DNA of 64,000 bases from positions 18,361-82,360 of the forward strand of contig CAVKAQ010000002.1 in assembly GCA_963654225.1 (NCBI GenBank), in the 5' to 3' direction. This document shows, in pieces, positions 28,070-37,508 of the stretch. The number at the start of each line of letters is the position of its first letter. Position 1 is the stretch's first letter. Origin of the DNA: Butyricicoccaceae bacterium (GTDB lineage: Bacteria; Bacteroidota; Bacteroidia; Bacteroidales; UBA932). Both the position numbers and the translations under genes were made by a program. The notes below the pieces were generated by a model that saw nothing but the letters and a program-made list of their open reading frames with translations, was not told where the DNA came from and searched no databases.

Positions 28070-30667
28070 TTATCTCTCCAATGCGGCGCAGCAGCGGGCA
28101 TACAAGTATTCGTAATGCGCCCTGTCGTCTGACGGAGCGGAAACTTTCTTGGATGCGGCAAGAGTCTTCACTTTGTTGACAAAAGCAACTCTGTAGGCAT
28201 CTGACTCGTCGATGGTCATAATGCTTACTGAAGGCGCGTAAGGCTTGTTGCCCTCGCCGAGGTCGTCAGCCCAGCCGCACCAGCAATCCTCGTGGCCGAA
28301 CTCTTCCGTGCATTCATCGCAGGCTTCGTCTGCTAAAGTCTTGGTCAGCAGGGATTTTACGTCCTTGGAAGATGCCGTGAGAATTTCTCTCTGCAGAGTC
28401 TTCTCTTCGGATGTCAACTTGCGGCCGGCTATGCTTGATGCAAACAGTTCGCGGTAAAGGTCATCATAATAGTCCTTGATGGTATAGACGTCGGTTGCGC
28501 CTGCCACTGCGGATGCGCGGATAACATTCTCAGGAACAGTGCCTGACAATGTTCTGGCAATCGCCGAGCAAACCTTGTTGGAAGCGGGAGTTGCAAGCGG
28601 AAGATTGCTTGTTACTGAAGCATCGTTCAGCCAAGAAGAATTCTTGAGCTGGGTGAGAACCCATTTGAGAGATGCTTTCTGTACGCTCTTGCTTACCGGA
28701 ACTGACGGCTTCAGAGCGTTTCCTTCCTTGACATTGTTGAGGTAGATTCCGCCGACCTGTGCCAACACGTGTCCGATATATCTGTTGTACTGAGATACAA
28801 GCTGAGTATAAAGCGAGTTTCTGTGCGTGAAGTCAACATCCTCTGTTCCAATCCATTCGTTCATCTTAGGAAGAATATATTTGAGGTTGCTGACACCATA
28901 GTCGCTAGATTTGATCGGGTCATTGCCGAGGTCCTCAGTTCTGGCGCTCGGATCGTAAGCACCATAGGCGGCATAGCCTGTAATCTGCTGTGCTCCATAT
29001 CGGTACATCGGATCGCCGACCTTCTCGTCGATGATTTTCTCCGCAATGCGGTACTCATCCCACATATCCTTGGCTTCAGGGACAGGGGTATAGAGCCATT
29101 TGATGGCATAAAGATCATACACGCCCAGAGCCGGAGGCACAAGCTTTACACCTTTGTCCTGAGGCTGAGCGACATAATTGAATCTCGCATAGTCCATAAT
29201 GGACGGGGTGGTGCCGTATTCAGCCGTGAAAGCGGCGTCTCTCAACGATTCTGTCGGATATGCGGAAGACGCACCCATATTGTGCATAAGTCCCAGAGTA
29301 TGACCGATTTCATGAGAAATGACATATACAAGAGACTCATCGATTATGTCCTGAGGCATTTTCATTGCGCGAACCTTCTCGTCAACCTGCGATGTCTGCA
29401 CGAATCTCCAGTTGTTGATGAGCTTTATCACGTCATTGTAAACCAGCACTGACGCATTCACAATCTCGCCCGTTACAGGGTCTGTCCAGCTTGGACCTCT
29501 TGCGTTCATCGTGGCGTCAGGCACATATCTCAGGCAGGAGTATTTGAGATTGTCAGGATCGAATTCCGGGTCTTCCTCTGCGGTAGGGAAGTCGCGTACC
29601 TGCATCACATCTTTCAGTCCTATGGCTTCAAATGCTGCATTCCACGCCAGTACACCCTTGCGGATAGGCTCTTTCCAGCTTTCCGGGAACGTGTTGTCAA
29701 CATACCATACAATAGGATTCTTGACGGTCACGGTCTTGCCGTTCTGCCATGCGGTTGTGTCGGACAGCTCAAGTCTCCAGCGTGATGCCAGGACGTAACC
29801 CTTGAATCCGTCCTCTGCAGAAGAAAGGTCATACTTGACATTGCCTTCGCTCGGGCCTACCGGGAATATTCCTATGCGGGAATCCTGTATCCTTGAAGGC
29901 ATCGGCTTCTCCGGCAGAAGCAGGAATGAAACTGTGTATTCGATGGAACCGCTGCCGACCTTGCCCTTGAAACCGAGAAGGGTCTTGGTGAAATCAACGT
30001 TTGAATATACTTTGACGGAAGCGTTGTCCTTGAATGCTTTCATTGCACCGAACCAGGTGGTCTTCTCGTCCGCTGATTTTGCGACGTTGAAATTTGTGCC
30101 CTTAGGCGCAGCCCCGTTCACAAGGCCTGTGACCTCGAATACGACGGAAGCACTGTCCTTGCCCTGAGCCGCAACTGCAATGCGACGCAAAACCTTCGGG
30201 ATATAGCTGTGCTCCAATGCCTTCTGCATTCCGGGATCAGAGCTTGTCGCGTTTGTCCCCGGTATGCTGAGAACCACCAGACTGTCCACGAGGTCAATCT
30301 GGAAGTACTCCGGCTTGTTGTATTTGTACCCGACGTTCACGTACGCAGGATTGCTGCCGGCAGTGACAGTCCCGCCGACAAGCATCCGCCGCCCCATAAG
30401 ACTCTTGGGCATCTCCAGATAGATTTTGTCTTTAGCGGTCCTGTAAAGGCTGAATGTCTCGCCCTTTGCGGATTCCTTGACGTCTTTCATCAGTTTCTCG
30501 TATGGAGAAACTTTTTTCTTTGGAGCCGGTTTTGCCGCTGGGGCGACAACTTCAGTATTGGCCTTTTTCTTCTTGGATTTCTTTGAAGAAGGCAATGCTG
30601 CCGCACCGGTGGCGGGCGCCAGCAGTACGACAGCAAGCATTGCAAGGATAATGTTCCTTTTTGTCAT
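28070..30667 (-). CDS. Secreted zinc-dependent metalloprotease (EcxA/DUF4953-like)
   Basis: HEIGHTLGLMHN, SIMDYAR, DPVTGEI and signal peptide. Confidence 0.9.
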   Translation of the reverse strand: MTKRNIILAMLAVVLLAPATGAAALPSSKKSKKKKANTEVVAPAAKPAPKKKVSPYEKLMKDVKESAKGETFSLYRTAKDKIYLEMPKSLMGRRMLVGGTVTAGSNPAYVNVGYKYNKPEYFQIDLVDSLVVLSIPGTNATSSDPGMQKALEHSYIPKVLRRIAVAAQGKDSASVVFEVTGLVNGAAPKGTNFNVAKSADEKTTWFGAMKAFKDNASVKVYSNVDFTKTLLGFKGKVGSGSIEYTVSFLLLPEKPMPSRIQDSRIGIFPVGPSEGNVKYDLSSAEDGFKGYVLASRWRLELSDTTAWQNGKTVTVKNPIVWYVDNTFPESWKEPIRKGVLAWNAAFEAIGLKDVMQVRDFPTAEEDPEFDPDNLKYSCLRYVPDATMNARGPSWTDPVTGEIVNASVLVYNDVIKLINNWRFVQTSQVDEKVRAMKMPQDIIDESLVYVISHEIGHTLGLMHNMGASSAYPTESLRDAAFTAEYGTTPSIMDYARFNYVAQPQDKGVKLVPPALGVYDLYAIKWLYTPVPEAKDMWDEYRIAEKIIDEKVGDPMYRYGAQQITGYAAYGAYDPSARTEDLGNDPIKSSDYGVSNLKYILPKMNEWIGTEDVDFTHRNSLYTQLVSQYNRYIGHVLAQVGGIYLNNVKEGNALKPSVPVSKSVQKASLKWVLTQLKNSSWLNDASVTSNLPLATPASNKVCSAIARTLSGTVPENVIRASAVAGATDVYTIKDYYDDLYRELFASSIAGRKLTSEEKTLQREILTASSKDVKSLLTKTLADEACDECTEEFGHEDCWCGWADDLGEGNKPYAPSVSIMTIDESDAYRVAFVNKVKTLAASKKVSAPSDDRAHYEYLYARCCAALER

Positions 30668-30679
30668 TATTTCAATGTG

Positions 30680-32674
30680 TTAATTAGTTTTCTTGTCTCT
30701 TACGCAACGGACATTGACGGCATCCCACATAGGTCTGGAATCTATCTTTGATGCGGTCGAATTATAAGTATTTGCTATGATTTTGTTCACTTTTGCCGAC
30801 GTTGTCATAGACGGAGCGCTGGATAGTGACAACTGGAATATATCTACATAATTTGTTGTTACGCTTGTAGAAACCGTAGCTGTTCCGTGATATGTGGATG
30901 ACGGGAAGTTGGCGGCGTATTTGTTGCCGTACATCATTTGGATACTCTTGGTTGTCGCCTTGGCTCCCGTTATTTTGCTTGTGGCAATACCATTTGCCAT
31001 AAGATAGAATTCCTGTTCGCCGTCAGTATATTTGATGAATCTGCTCTTGCCGTCATTTGATTTTATGTCAGAGCCGTCGAAATTGCCGAACTCGACACCT
31101 ACCTTACCGACTTCGATGAGATTATTAATATCATCGGTGGTAGGCATTCTCCAACTGTTCTCACCTTCCGCGACTTTTACATAAGAGCAAGGATCAGTTT
31201 CATCTTTTGCAACGGTGCTTCCCTGCCAGTTGAAGTAATCCTCTTCGCTGGACATTGTGCTCATAGTGACAACGCCGTCTGTAGCCGTGTAGAATGGATG
31301 GATTCGCCAACTGGCCGTATTACCAGTCTGAGTGTTGTAGAAATTATCAGTTCCATTCTTTACTGTCTGTCCATCAGGGGTTACTTGCTGTGTTCCGGAG
31401 GTCCCTTCAATGCTCTGAGAAATCAGATTAGCAGGTCTGATTCTGTCCAGCCAGTCTTGATTTGAGTCATAAAAAGCAATGGCATTAGCATTGCCGAACT
31501 TGAAATATAGTCCGATGTCCTGCTTGTCACCGATTTTATAAGTCTTGTTCGTGTCATCGAATACAAGGTATCCCTGGCTCCATTCTACTGAGAATTTATC
31601 GGAAGCGGCTTTTACCACAGAGCTTTTTGTGAAATCAAGCGTAAAGGATGTTACCCTTGATTTGCTGAAGGCGATGGCCTTTGCGCTGGTGTCGAACTTC
31701 TTCTGATAAACTGCACCGTCGGATGTATATACTGTGACGAGAATCGTCTTCATCGAGGTTGTGCTGTGGTTAGCAACAAAGCATACAGTCGCACCGTCAG
31801 CGCTTGTGTAGTTGACAGAACCGCCGGTAAGTGATAAATCAAAACGGGTGTCTCCCGAAGTCCAGTTCCCGACAACAGCCATAGTGTCCACTAGGCTGAT
31901 GATATTGTCTCCTCTCATACCTCTCTGAGGAGTGCCAGTATAACTATTGAGATAGTTGAATTCAGACAGAATGTTGACCTTGGTGACGGTTGCTGATGTC
32001 ACGTCAGGAAGTCCTGTGACGGTCATCTTGACCAGACCGGCCAGAGGGGTGAGTTTGACCGGATTCGAGAATTCAGTGGAAACAGTATCCTTTCCGTTCT
32101 TGACACGGCTGACAGCTTCTTCAGACAATGCGAGTCTAGGAGATACCATAGGCAGATTTGCCGGTGACAGTACCGATGAAAGTTCCTGAACCTTAGGTAC
32201 GTTGACTTTCACAGTTGCATTGTGGAAGATAGTTGTAGTATCTGTCTGCTTTGCGCTTACCCAATTATATACGGTAGATGTGTCCAGTAGAGTGACTGCA
32301 CCCTTAGGGTAGGAGATGACCATATAGTCGTGGGCCTTTTTCTCGAAAGTGACAGACTTCCTGGATGCTCCTATTGCGCTCGGCTTTGAAGATGTCACAG
32401 TCACGCTCTCCGTTTCTTCATATTCTTCTGTTTTGAGCGTAATGTCGTGGAAGTCAAACTCATCGCTGTCTTCCCAATAAATGTAATAAGAAGGTGCTTC
32501 GTCAGCCTTGAAGAATGACTTTGTGGTTGCAGGGTCCTGTGCGGAAGCGGAGAAAGTGTAAAGTTTACCGCTGTCTGCGACCTTTTCCGAGTTTGATATC
32601 ACATTGCTTTCTTTCGTGCAGCCAGCGAAGATTGCGGAAAGTGCAAAGAATGACAATATATATTTTGTATTCAT
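30680..32674 (-). CDS. Fimbrillin-like lipoprotein with a C-terminal DUF1566/Fib_succ_major-like domain
   Basis: Lipobox FAGC-TKE, pilin-like TKS and W...D motifs, and C-terminal GLYFKFG, DPC, WRMPT and VRCVRD. Confidence 0.65.
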   Translation of the reverse strand: MNTKYILSFFALSAIFAGCTKESNVISNSEKVADSGKLYTFSASAQDPATTKSFFKADEAPSYYIYWEDSDEFDFHDITLKTEEYEETESVTVTSSKPSAIGASRKSVTFEKKAHDYMVISYPKGAVTLLDTSTVYNWVSAKQTDTTTIFHNATVKVNVPKVQELSSVLSPANLPMVSPRLALSEEAVSRVKNGKDTVSTEFSNPVKLTPLAGLVKMTVTGLPDVTSATVTKVNILSEFNYLNSYTGTPQRGMRGDNIISLVDTMAVVGNWTSGDTRFDLSLTGGSVNYTSADGATVCFVANHSTTSMKTILVTVYTSDGAVYQKKFDTSAKAIAFSKSRVTSFTLDFTKSSVVKAASDKFSVEWSQGYLVFDDTNKTYKIGDKQDIGLYFKFGNANAIAFYDSNQDWLDRIRPANLISQSIEGTSGTQQVTPDGQTVKNGTDNFYNTQTGNTASWRIHPFYTATDGVVTMSTMSSEEDYFNWQGSTVAKDETDPCSYVKVAEGENSWRMPTTDDINNLIEVGKVGVEFGNFDGSDIKSNDGKSRFIKYTDGEQEFYLMANGIATSKITGAKATTKSIQMMYGNKYAANFPSSTYHGTATVSTSVTTNYVDIFQLSLSSAPSMTTSAKVNKIIANTYNSTASKIDSRPMWDAVNVRCVRDKKTN

Positions 32675-32692
32675 AGTAATTCCTCCGTTAGA

Positions 32693-33586
32693 TTATTCGT
32701 ATTTTCCATAGTTGTCGTCAGGGATGACGGTACCTTTAGCTATGACTTTCACATTGAATTCCGCTGTGAATCCGCCGTCCTTTGTGGTAGCCTTGACAGT
32801 CGTCTCTCCTTCGAGAAGTGCAGTCACGGTAATGGTTCCGTCTGATTCGAAGCCAAGCGATACGATAGTGTTGTCATAGATCCATTCGACTTCCTTGTTT
32901 GAGCAGTCTTCAGGAGTGAATGTCAGGACAATGCCGCTTTTGGAGGTGGTCTCATAAAGTTCAAGGCTGCTTTCGGACAGTGCGATGCCTTCGCAAGGAA
33001 CTGACACGTAAATTTTTACGGTCGCAGTCCTATTGCCGTCCACAGTAGATGCGGTGATGTCGGCTTCTCCGCCGCCCACGGCTGAGACTTTGCCGGACTC
33101 GTCTACAGTTGCTACCGCAGTGTTTGAAGAAGTCCATGTGACATTCTTGTTGATGGCGTTGCTTGGCAGTACTGTAGCGGTAAGCTGCACGGTTTCCCCT
33201 TTCTTCAGATTCTGAGTTTCCGCCGGAGTAATCTCCACGCTTTCAGCGTGATAGTCTGTGACTGACACAAGACAAGATGCGGTGAGATTGCCGTCTTCGG
33301 TAATGACTGTTATCGTGGAAGTGCCTTCTGACAGTCCCTTTACTACGCCGTCAGTTACTGATGCGACTGCAGGATTGCCTGTGCTCCAGGTTACATTTGT
33401 GTTTGTTGCATTCTCAGGAGTGATTGTAACTGTCAGTGCGGCTTCTTCGCCTGTCTTGATGTCAAGACTGCTCTTCGAAAGGCTGACTTTCTGCACAGCT
33501 ACGTCTTTCTTTCCTTCGCATCCGGTCACTGCCGAAGCGAGGACGGCGAACATTGACAATGTCGCCAATAATCTGTTCGTTTTCAT
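32693..33586 (-). CDS. Lipoprotein composed of three Big_2 Ig-like repeats
   Basis: Lipobox VTGC and repeats PENATNTNVTWST, PSNAINKNVTWTS and PEDCSNKEVEW. Confidence 0.85.
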   Translation of the reverse strand: MKTNRLLATLSMFAVLASAVTGCEGKKDVAVQKVSLSKSSLDIKTGEEAALTVTITPENATNTNVTWSTGNPAVASVTDGVVKGLSEGTSTITVITEDGNLTASCLVSVTDYHAESVEITPAETQNLKKGETVQLTATVLPSNAINKNVTWTSSNTAVATVDESGKVSAVGGGEADITASTVDGNRTATVKIYVSVPCEGIALSESSLELYETTSKSGIVLTFTPEDCSNKEVEWIYDNTIVSLGFESDGTITVTALLEGETTVKATTKDGGFTAEFNVKVIAKGTVIPDDNYGKYE

Positions 33587-33598
33587 ATAGGATAGAGT

Positions 33599-35125
33599 TT
33601 AATTGATTCTGTATTTATATACCACGCTTACAGGGTTGTTGCAGATACCCTCGTAGGATTTTACAAGAGTGTCATCCGTGTATCTGTAGATGTAGAGACT
33701 TCCCTTATGCTCGCCACTTCTGTTCGGATTGTATGTGACAACATACAGAAGATCCTCTCCGTCTGTAGCCTTTCTTCCCTTGAAGTTGGTGGCAATATCC
33801 TTGATAATCTCGCCCTGAGGCAGAGTGATAGCAGGCTTGTTTCCCGGAGGGGTAGTGAATCCCCAACGGTAGATGGCATTGTCGTAGATGTAATATGCGT
33901 CTGACGATACCCTGTTGCTCACGATCTTGGACTTGCTGTCCATCTTGAGGTCGGAAGTTTTGAACTTGTATTCGATATCGTGGGATTCTGAATCATCGTC
34001 ATCCTTCTTTGTTCCGTAATTGTAGCAACCCAGTCCGCAGACTTTTGTCATGCACGAATCCGGATCGGATTTCTTGCGGTACAGCATAAATATCGGAAAA
34101 CTTGATGTGGAGCTGTTGACGCGCACGACAGCGACATTCACCACCTCCCATCCGTCTGATTCCAGGTATCTGACGCCACCGGATGCGTTTTTTCGTGTAC
34201 CGACTTTTTCCTTGTCAAAGAAAAGCGGATATCTGTATGTTTTCGCTGTAGCGGATGTCGCCTTGTTCGGACCGTCAACGATTCTGTCAATGTTGAATGC
34301 GTTGGCATCGGTGATGTCGTTTACGAATCCTCCGTTCATATCGTACCTGAACAACCGGTTGTCGCCGGACCTGAAAAAGCATCCGAATGCCGCCTTATCT
34401 TCAGCATATTCACCTCCGAACTCAGCGCAGTATGAGCCGTATTCCTTCATTTTGGCGGTCATATAAAGCTCGAATGTCTTGCAGTCCATATGATAAATGG
34501 TGCCATTATCATCGTTTGTGGCAATCAGGAATCCTGAATATGTGACGCCGCTGTAAGTGTTGTCACTCATATACATAGCGGTTCCGTTCTTCAGAGTCGC
34601 GCCTTCCACGCTGAAAATATTGGTGAACACCTGCTGCTCACCCTTTGCGATTTCCTCGGAAGTAAGAGACTTTACGAAGGCCAGAGAGCCGTTGCCCTCA
34701 TCGTCATTCGACAGAATTGCCACTCCCTCGTCGTAACCGGAGTTGACATTGAGGGTAAAATATTTGAATTCAATGCTTTCCCCATTATCGACCTTGAGTC
34801 TGAGCAGGAAAGAACCGACCTTTGAGAAGGTATAGTCGATAGTCCTCGTGTTGGAAATGATTTCTATCTTTTCGAACTGGTGCTGGTCTATTACAGTGCC
34901 TTGTTTCACCGCGCCGTAAGCCCATTCGTATGTCACTTCCTTGCTGCTGACAATATCGAGTCCGTTGTAAATCAGCTCTGTACCGAGGTTGATGTTGATG
35001 GTGTCGGAAGCAACGTTTATCGTAATCGGGGACAATTGCTTGTATCCGTGAGGCTCAACCTTGTAACATCCGGAAAGCGAAGCGATTACGGAAGCAATAA
35101 CCAGAAATATAGTGAGTTTTCTCAT
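33599..35125 (-). CDS. PKD-like family lipoprotein of the Sus locus
   Basis: Lipobox LSGC-Y, YEWA...IDYTF PKD-like segment, propeller-like C-terminus, and position after the DUF4843-like gene. Confidence 0.7.
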   Translation of the reverse strand: MRKLTIFLVIASVIASLSGCYKVEPHGYKQLSPITINVASDTININLGTELIYNGLDIVSSKEVTYEWAYGAVKQGTVIDQHQFEKIEIISNTRTIDYTFSKVGSFLLRLKVDNGESIEFKYFTLNVNSGYDEGVAILSNDDEGNGSLAFVKSLTSEEIAKGEQQVFTNIFSVEGATLKNGTAMYMSDNTYSGVTYSGFLIATNDDNGTIYHMDCKTFELYMTAKMKEYGSYCAEFGGEYAEDKAAFGCFFRSGDNRLFRYDMNGGFVNDITDANAFNIDRIVDGPNKATSATAKTYRYPLFFDKEKVGTRKNASGGVRYLESDGWEVVNVAVVRVNSSTSSFPIFMLYRKKSDPDSCMTKVCGLGCYNYGTKKDDDDSESHDIEYKFKTSDLKMDSKSKIVSNRVSSDAYYIYDNAIYRWGFTTPPGNKPAITLPQGEIIKDIATNFKGRKATDGEDLLYVVTYNPNRSGEHKGSLYIYRYTDDTLVKSYEGICNNPVSVVYKYRIN

Positions 35126-35140
35126 CTTGACAGCTTGTTT

Positions 35141-36055
35141 TTAATTGAAGAATCCATAAGTCCCGTACATCGGGTTTCCCCAGCCTATCTGGGAATTGAT
35201 GTTGACATACTCCGAGCCTACATATTCGAAATTAGGATCGTCCGGGTGCTCCTTATAGTATTCCTGGTAATACAGGAACAATGGATATGCGATATATTTC
35301 GCCCACGCGGACATATAAGACTTTCTCCAGAATTTCATAGGAGCATTCGGATTGTCGAGATTCTCTCCGTAGTTGGTCACGACATAGTCATAGAATGACG
35401 GACACGTCTCTTTCGTGTCGCGGAGATACTGGAGAAGTCTGCGGAACTTCTGCGGATAGAATTTTCCCCAGTCATAGTCCCAACCCGGAGCGGATTTGGA
35501 TGATGCTTTCCACCAGCTTGGGCAGCTTGGCTCTCCGTCAGACACATAGTAAACGAACTCAGGCGTCAATATATTCTGTGTTGAGGTGCTGTCCGTTGCG
35601 CAAGGGACGAAATTATCGTTTGCCTTGAGCCTGAATTTCACTAGGACGCAGGTGTCAATCATCTCCGGCTGCCTGTGGAATGTTACCGTCACTTTGCCTT
35701 CAACTTCGCCTGCAGGGATTACCAGCGGTCCGAGGTCGAAATCAACGCCCGGTCTTGCGGTAACTACAGGAAGCTCCGTGGTTCCGGCTTTGAACGTCTG
35801 GCCCTCTTCTGCTGGCACATACTCGATGGCGTATTCTCTGTCGTGCGATGCCGGCATTCCCATTACGTATATCGACTGAGTTGCCACGATATCGTCTTCA
35901 GGAATAAGTGCGAATGAATACAGATGGGTCTGTAAACTTTCCTCAAAGTAGATTGTCGGGGTCTGGGACGTGTCATACATCAGCCACGTTCCCTTGCAAG
36001 ATGCGGCCGCAGCAAGAACCGCAAGTATCGAAAGTGCTTTGAATATTCTGTTCAT
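35141..36055 (-). CDS. DUF4843-like lipoprotein
   Basis: Lipobox AASC, YSFAL, VMG...DR, IPAG and PSWW..WG; directly after susD. Confidence 0.7.
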   Translation of the reverse strand: MNRIFKALSILAVLAAAASCKGTWLMYDTSQTPTIYFEESLQTHLYSFALIPEDDIVATQSIYVMGMPASHDREYAIEYVPAEEGQTFKAGTTELPVVTARPGVDFDLGPLVIPAGEVEGKVTVTFHRQPEMIDTCVLVKFRLKANDNFVPCATDSTSTQNILTPEFVYYVSDGEPSCPSWWKASSKSAPGWDYDWGKFYPQKFRRLLQYLRDTKETCPSFYDYVVTNYGENLDNPNAPMKFWRKSYMSAWAKYIAYPLFLYYQEYYKEHPDDPNFEYVGSEYVNINSQIGWGNPMYGTYGFFN

Positions 36056-36058
36056 AAT

Positions 36059-37489
36059 TTAGATCTCCATATCGTTTCTTGCATCGTCCTCATCGTCAGG
36101 AATCGTCACTGTGTAGTTGCCAGGCACGCTTCCGCTGAGAGTTGTTCCGGCTGCAGTCTTGATGTCTTTTCCGAGTTTCTTCATCTCGTACCAGGTGAAG
36201 CCTTCGCCATAGAATTCTTTTCTGCGTTCGTTGAAGAGCAGGTCATAGGTGAGTTTCCCTTCCGCAATCTCGTCCAGTCCGCGTGTGGTGACCACCTTGT
36301 TGTAGAACTCGGCCGCGAGTCTCGGATTGGATGTGAGATAGAATTCAGCCATTATGTAGTACATTTCCGGTATTCGGAGAATGTTAACGCCTGCGATGGC
36401 TGAACCGCTGTAGCTGCCGCCTGAACCGATGGTTATGTTGGCAGTCTTTTTCAGGTGTCCTTCTGCGCTGTCGAACCACGCGCTGATGCGGTAATCTGTA
36501 TTCGAACCGCTGCCTTCTTCATAAAGCGTGTTCCAGTCGGATGCCAGCGAGAATGTCGTTTTTGTTCCGGTAAGACCGTACTTTGTGCAGGCTATCTTCT
36601 GGCTGTTCACGGTATAGAAACCGAATATTGTTTCGTGCATGTCGAGAACGCCGCCCTCGCTCTGTACAAATGAACTCAATGGCCTGAAAGTGAACTTGTT
36701 GCTGTCGATGACTTTCTGCGCATAGATGGCTGCATTCGCGATGTCGCCCCTACACCAGTATGCCCTTGCCAGCAGTGCTTCCACAGCATAGAGATTCATA
36801 TGTGTGATTCTGCCCTCGGTGAATGAGTTTGACACATTCGTCCTTGACTCGGGAATGAGAGTCTCGTCTTCGCCCATCAGGCTCTCCGCGCGCGTGAGGT
36901 CTTCTATGATCTGGTCATATACCCCGTCGAGGGTCGAATAGTCGGTGACGGAGAATGTGTAGTTCTTCACATACGGGATTGCCTTGGCTTTGATGTCGTC
37001 GGATGCCCAGAACGGAGGTCCGAAATATCTTACCAAATCAAAATGTATCAGCGCCCTAAGTGCAAGAGCTTCACCGAGATAGAGTTTGGAATGTTTGAAT
37101 TCGTCAGTTCCGCCGGCTTCAGCGTGCTTTACGATGTTGTTTATATGGTTGATGACCTTGTAGGCATTGCTCCACAACGTTTTGCGTAAAGATGTCGGGC
37201 CGTTGATCGTCCAATTAGCTGTCGCAAGATTGCCGTATGTGTTGTCGGTGAGCGCGGTGGTGTTCTGGCTCATCACCTCGGAAATCCAGATGAAATCGCC
37301 GCCGTAGAGGCTGTTGTTGTATGACAACTCGCTGTAGATTCCGTAGAGCGCGTCTTCATAGCCCTCGGCAGACGTGAACATATCGTTGTCGAATGTTTCA
37401 CCTCTCGGGTTTACATCGAGGAATTTGCTGCATCCCGCAGAAATGACTGCGGTCAATGCCAATACTGTATATATTATACTTCTTTTCAT
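36059..37489 (-). CDS. SusD/RagB family nutrient-binding lipoprotein
   Basis: C-SKFLDVNP, GEALALRALIHFDLVRYF, LRIPEMYY and ERRKEFYGEG. Confidence 0.95.
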   Translation of the reverse strand: MKRSIIYTVLALTAVISAGCSKFLDVNPRGETFDNDMFTSAEGYEDALYGIYSELSYNNSLYGGDFIWISEVMSQNTTALTDNTYGNLATANWTINGPTSLRKTLWSNAYKVINHINNIVKHAEAGGTDEFKHSKLYLGEALALRALIHFDLVRYFGPPFWASDDIKAKAIPYVKNYTFSVTDYSTLDGVYDQIIEDLTRAESLMGEDETLIPESRTNVSNSFTEGRITHMNLYAVEALLARAYWCRGDIANAAIYAQKVIDSNKFTFRPLSSFVQSEGGVLDMHETIFGFYTVNSQKIACTKYGLTGTKTTFSLASDWNTLYEEGSGSNTDYRISAWFDSAEGHLKKTANITIGSGGSYSGSAIAGVNILRIPEMYYIMAEFYLTSNPRLAAEFYNKVVTTRGLDEIAEGKLTYDLLFNERRKEFYGEGFTWYEMKKLGKDIKTAAGTTLSGSVPGNYTVTIPDDEDDARNDMEI

Positions 37490-37508
37490 TTTCTTCGATT
37501 TTAGATTC

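Noticed and set aside
30680..30900. Complete diversity-generating retroelement
   Set aside because: No reverse transcriptase and no template-repeat copy visible in the window.
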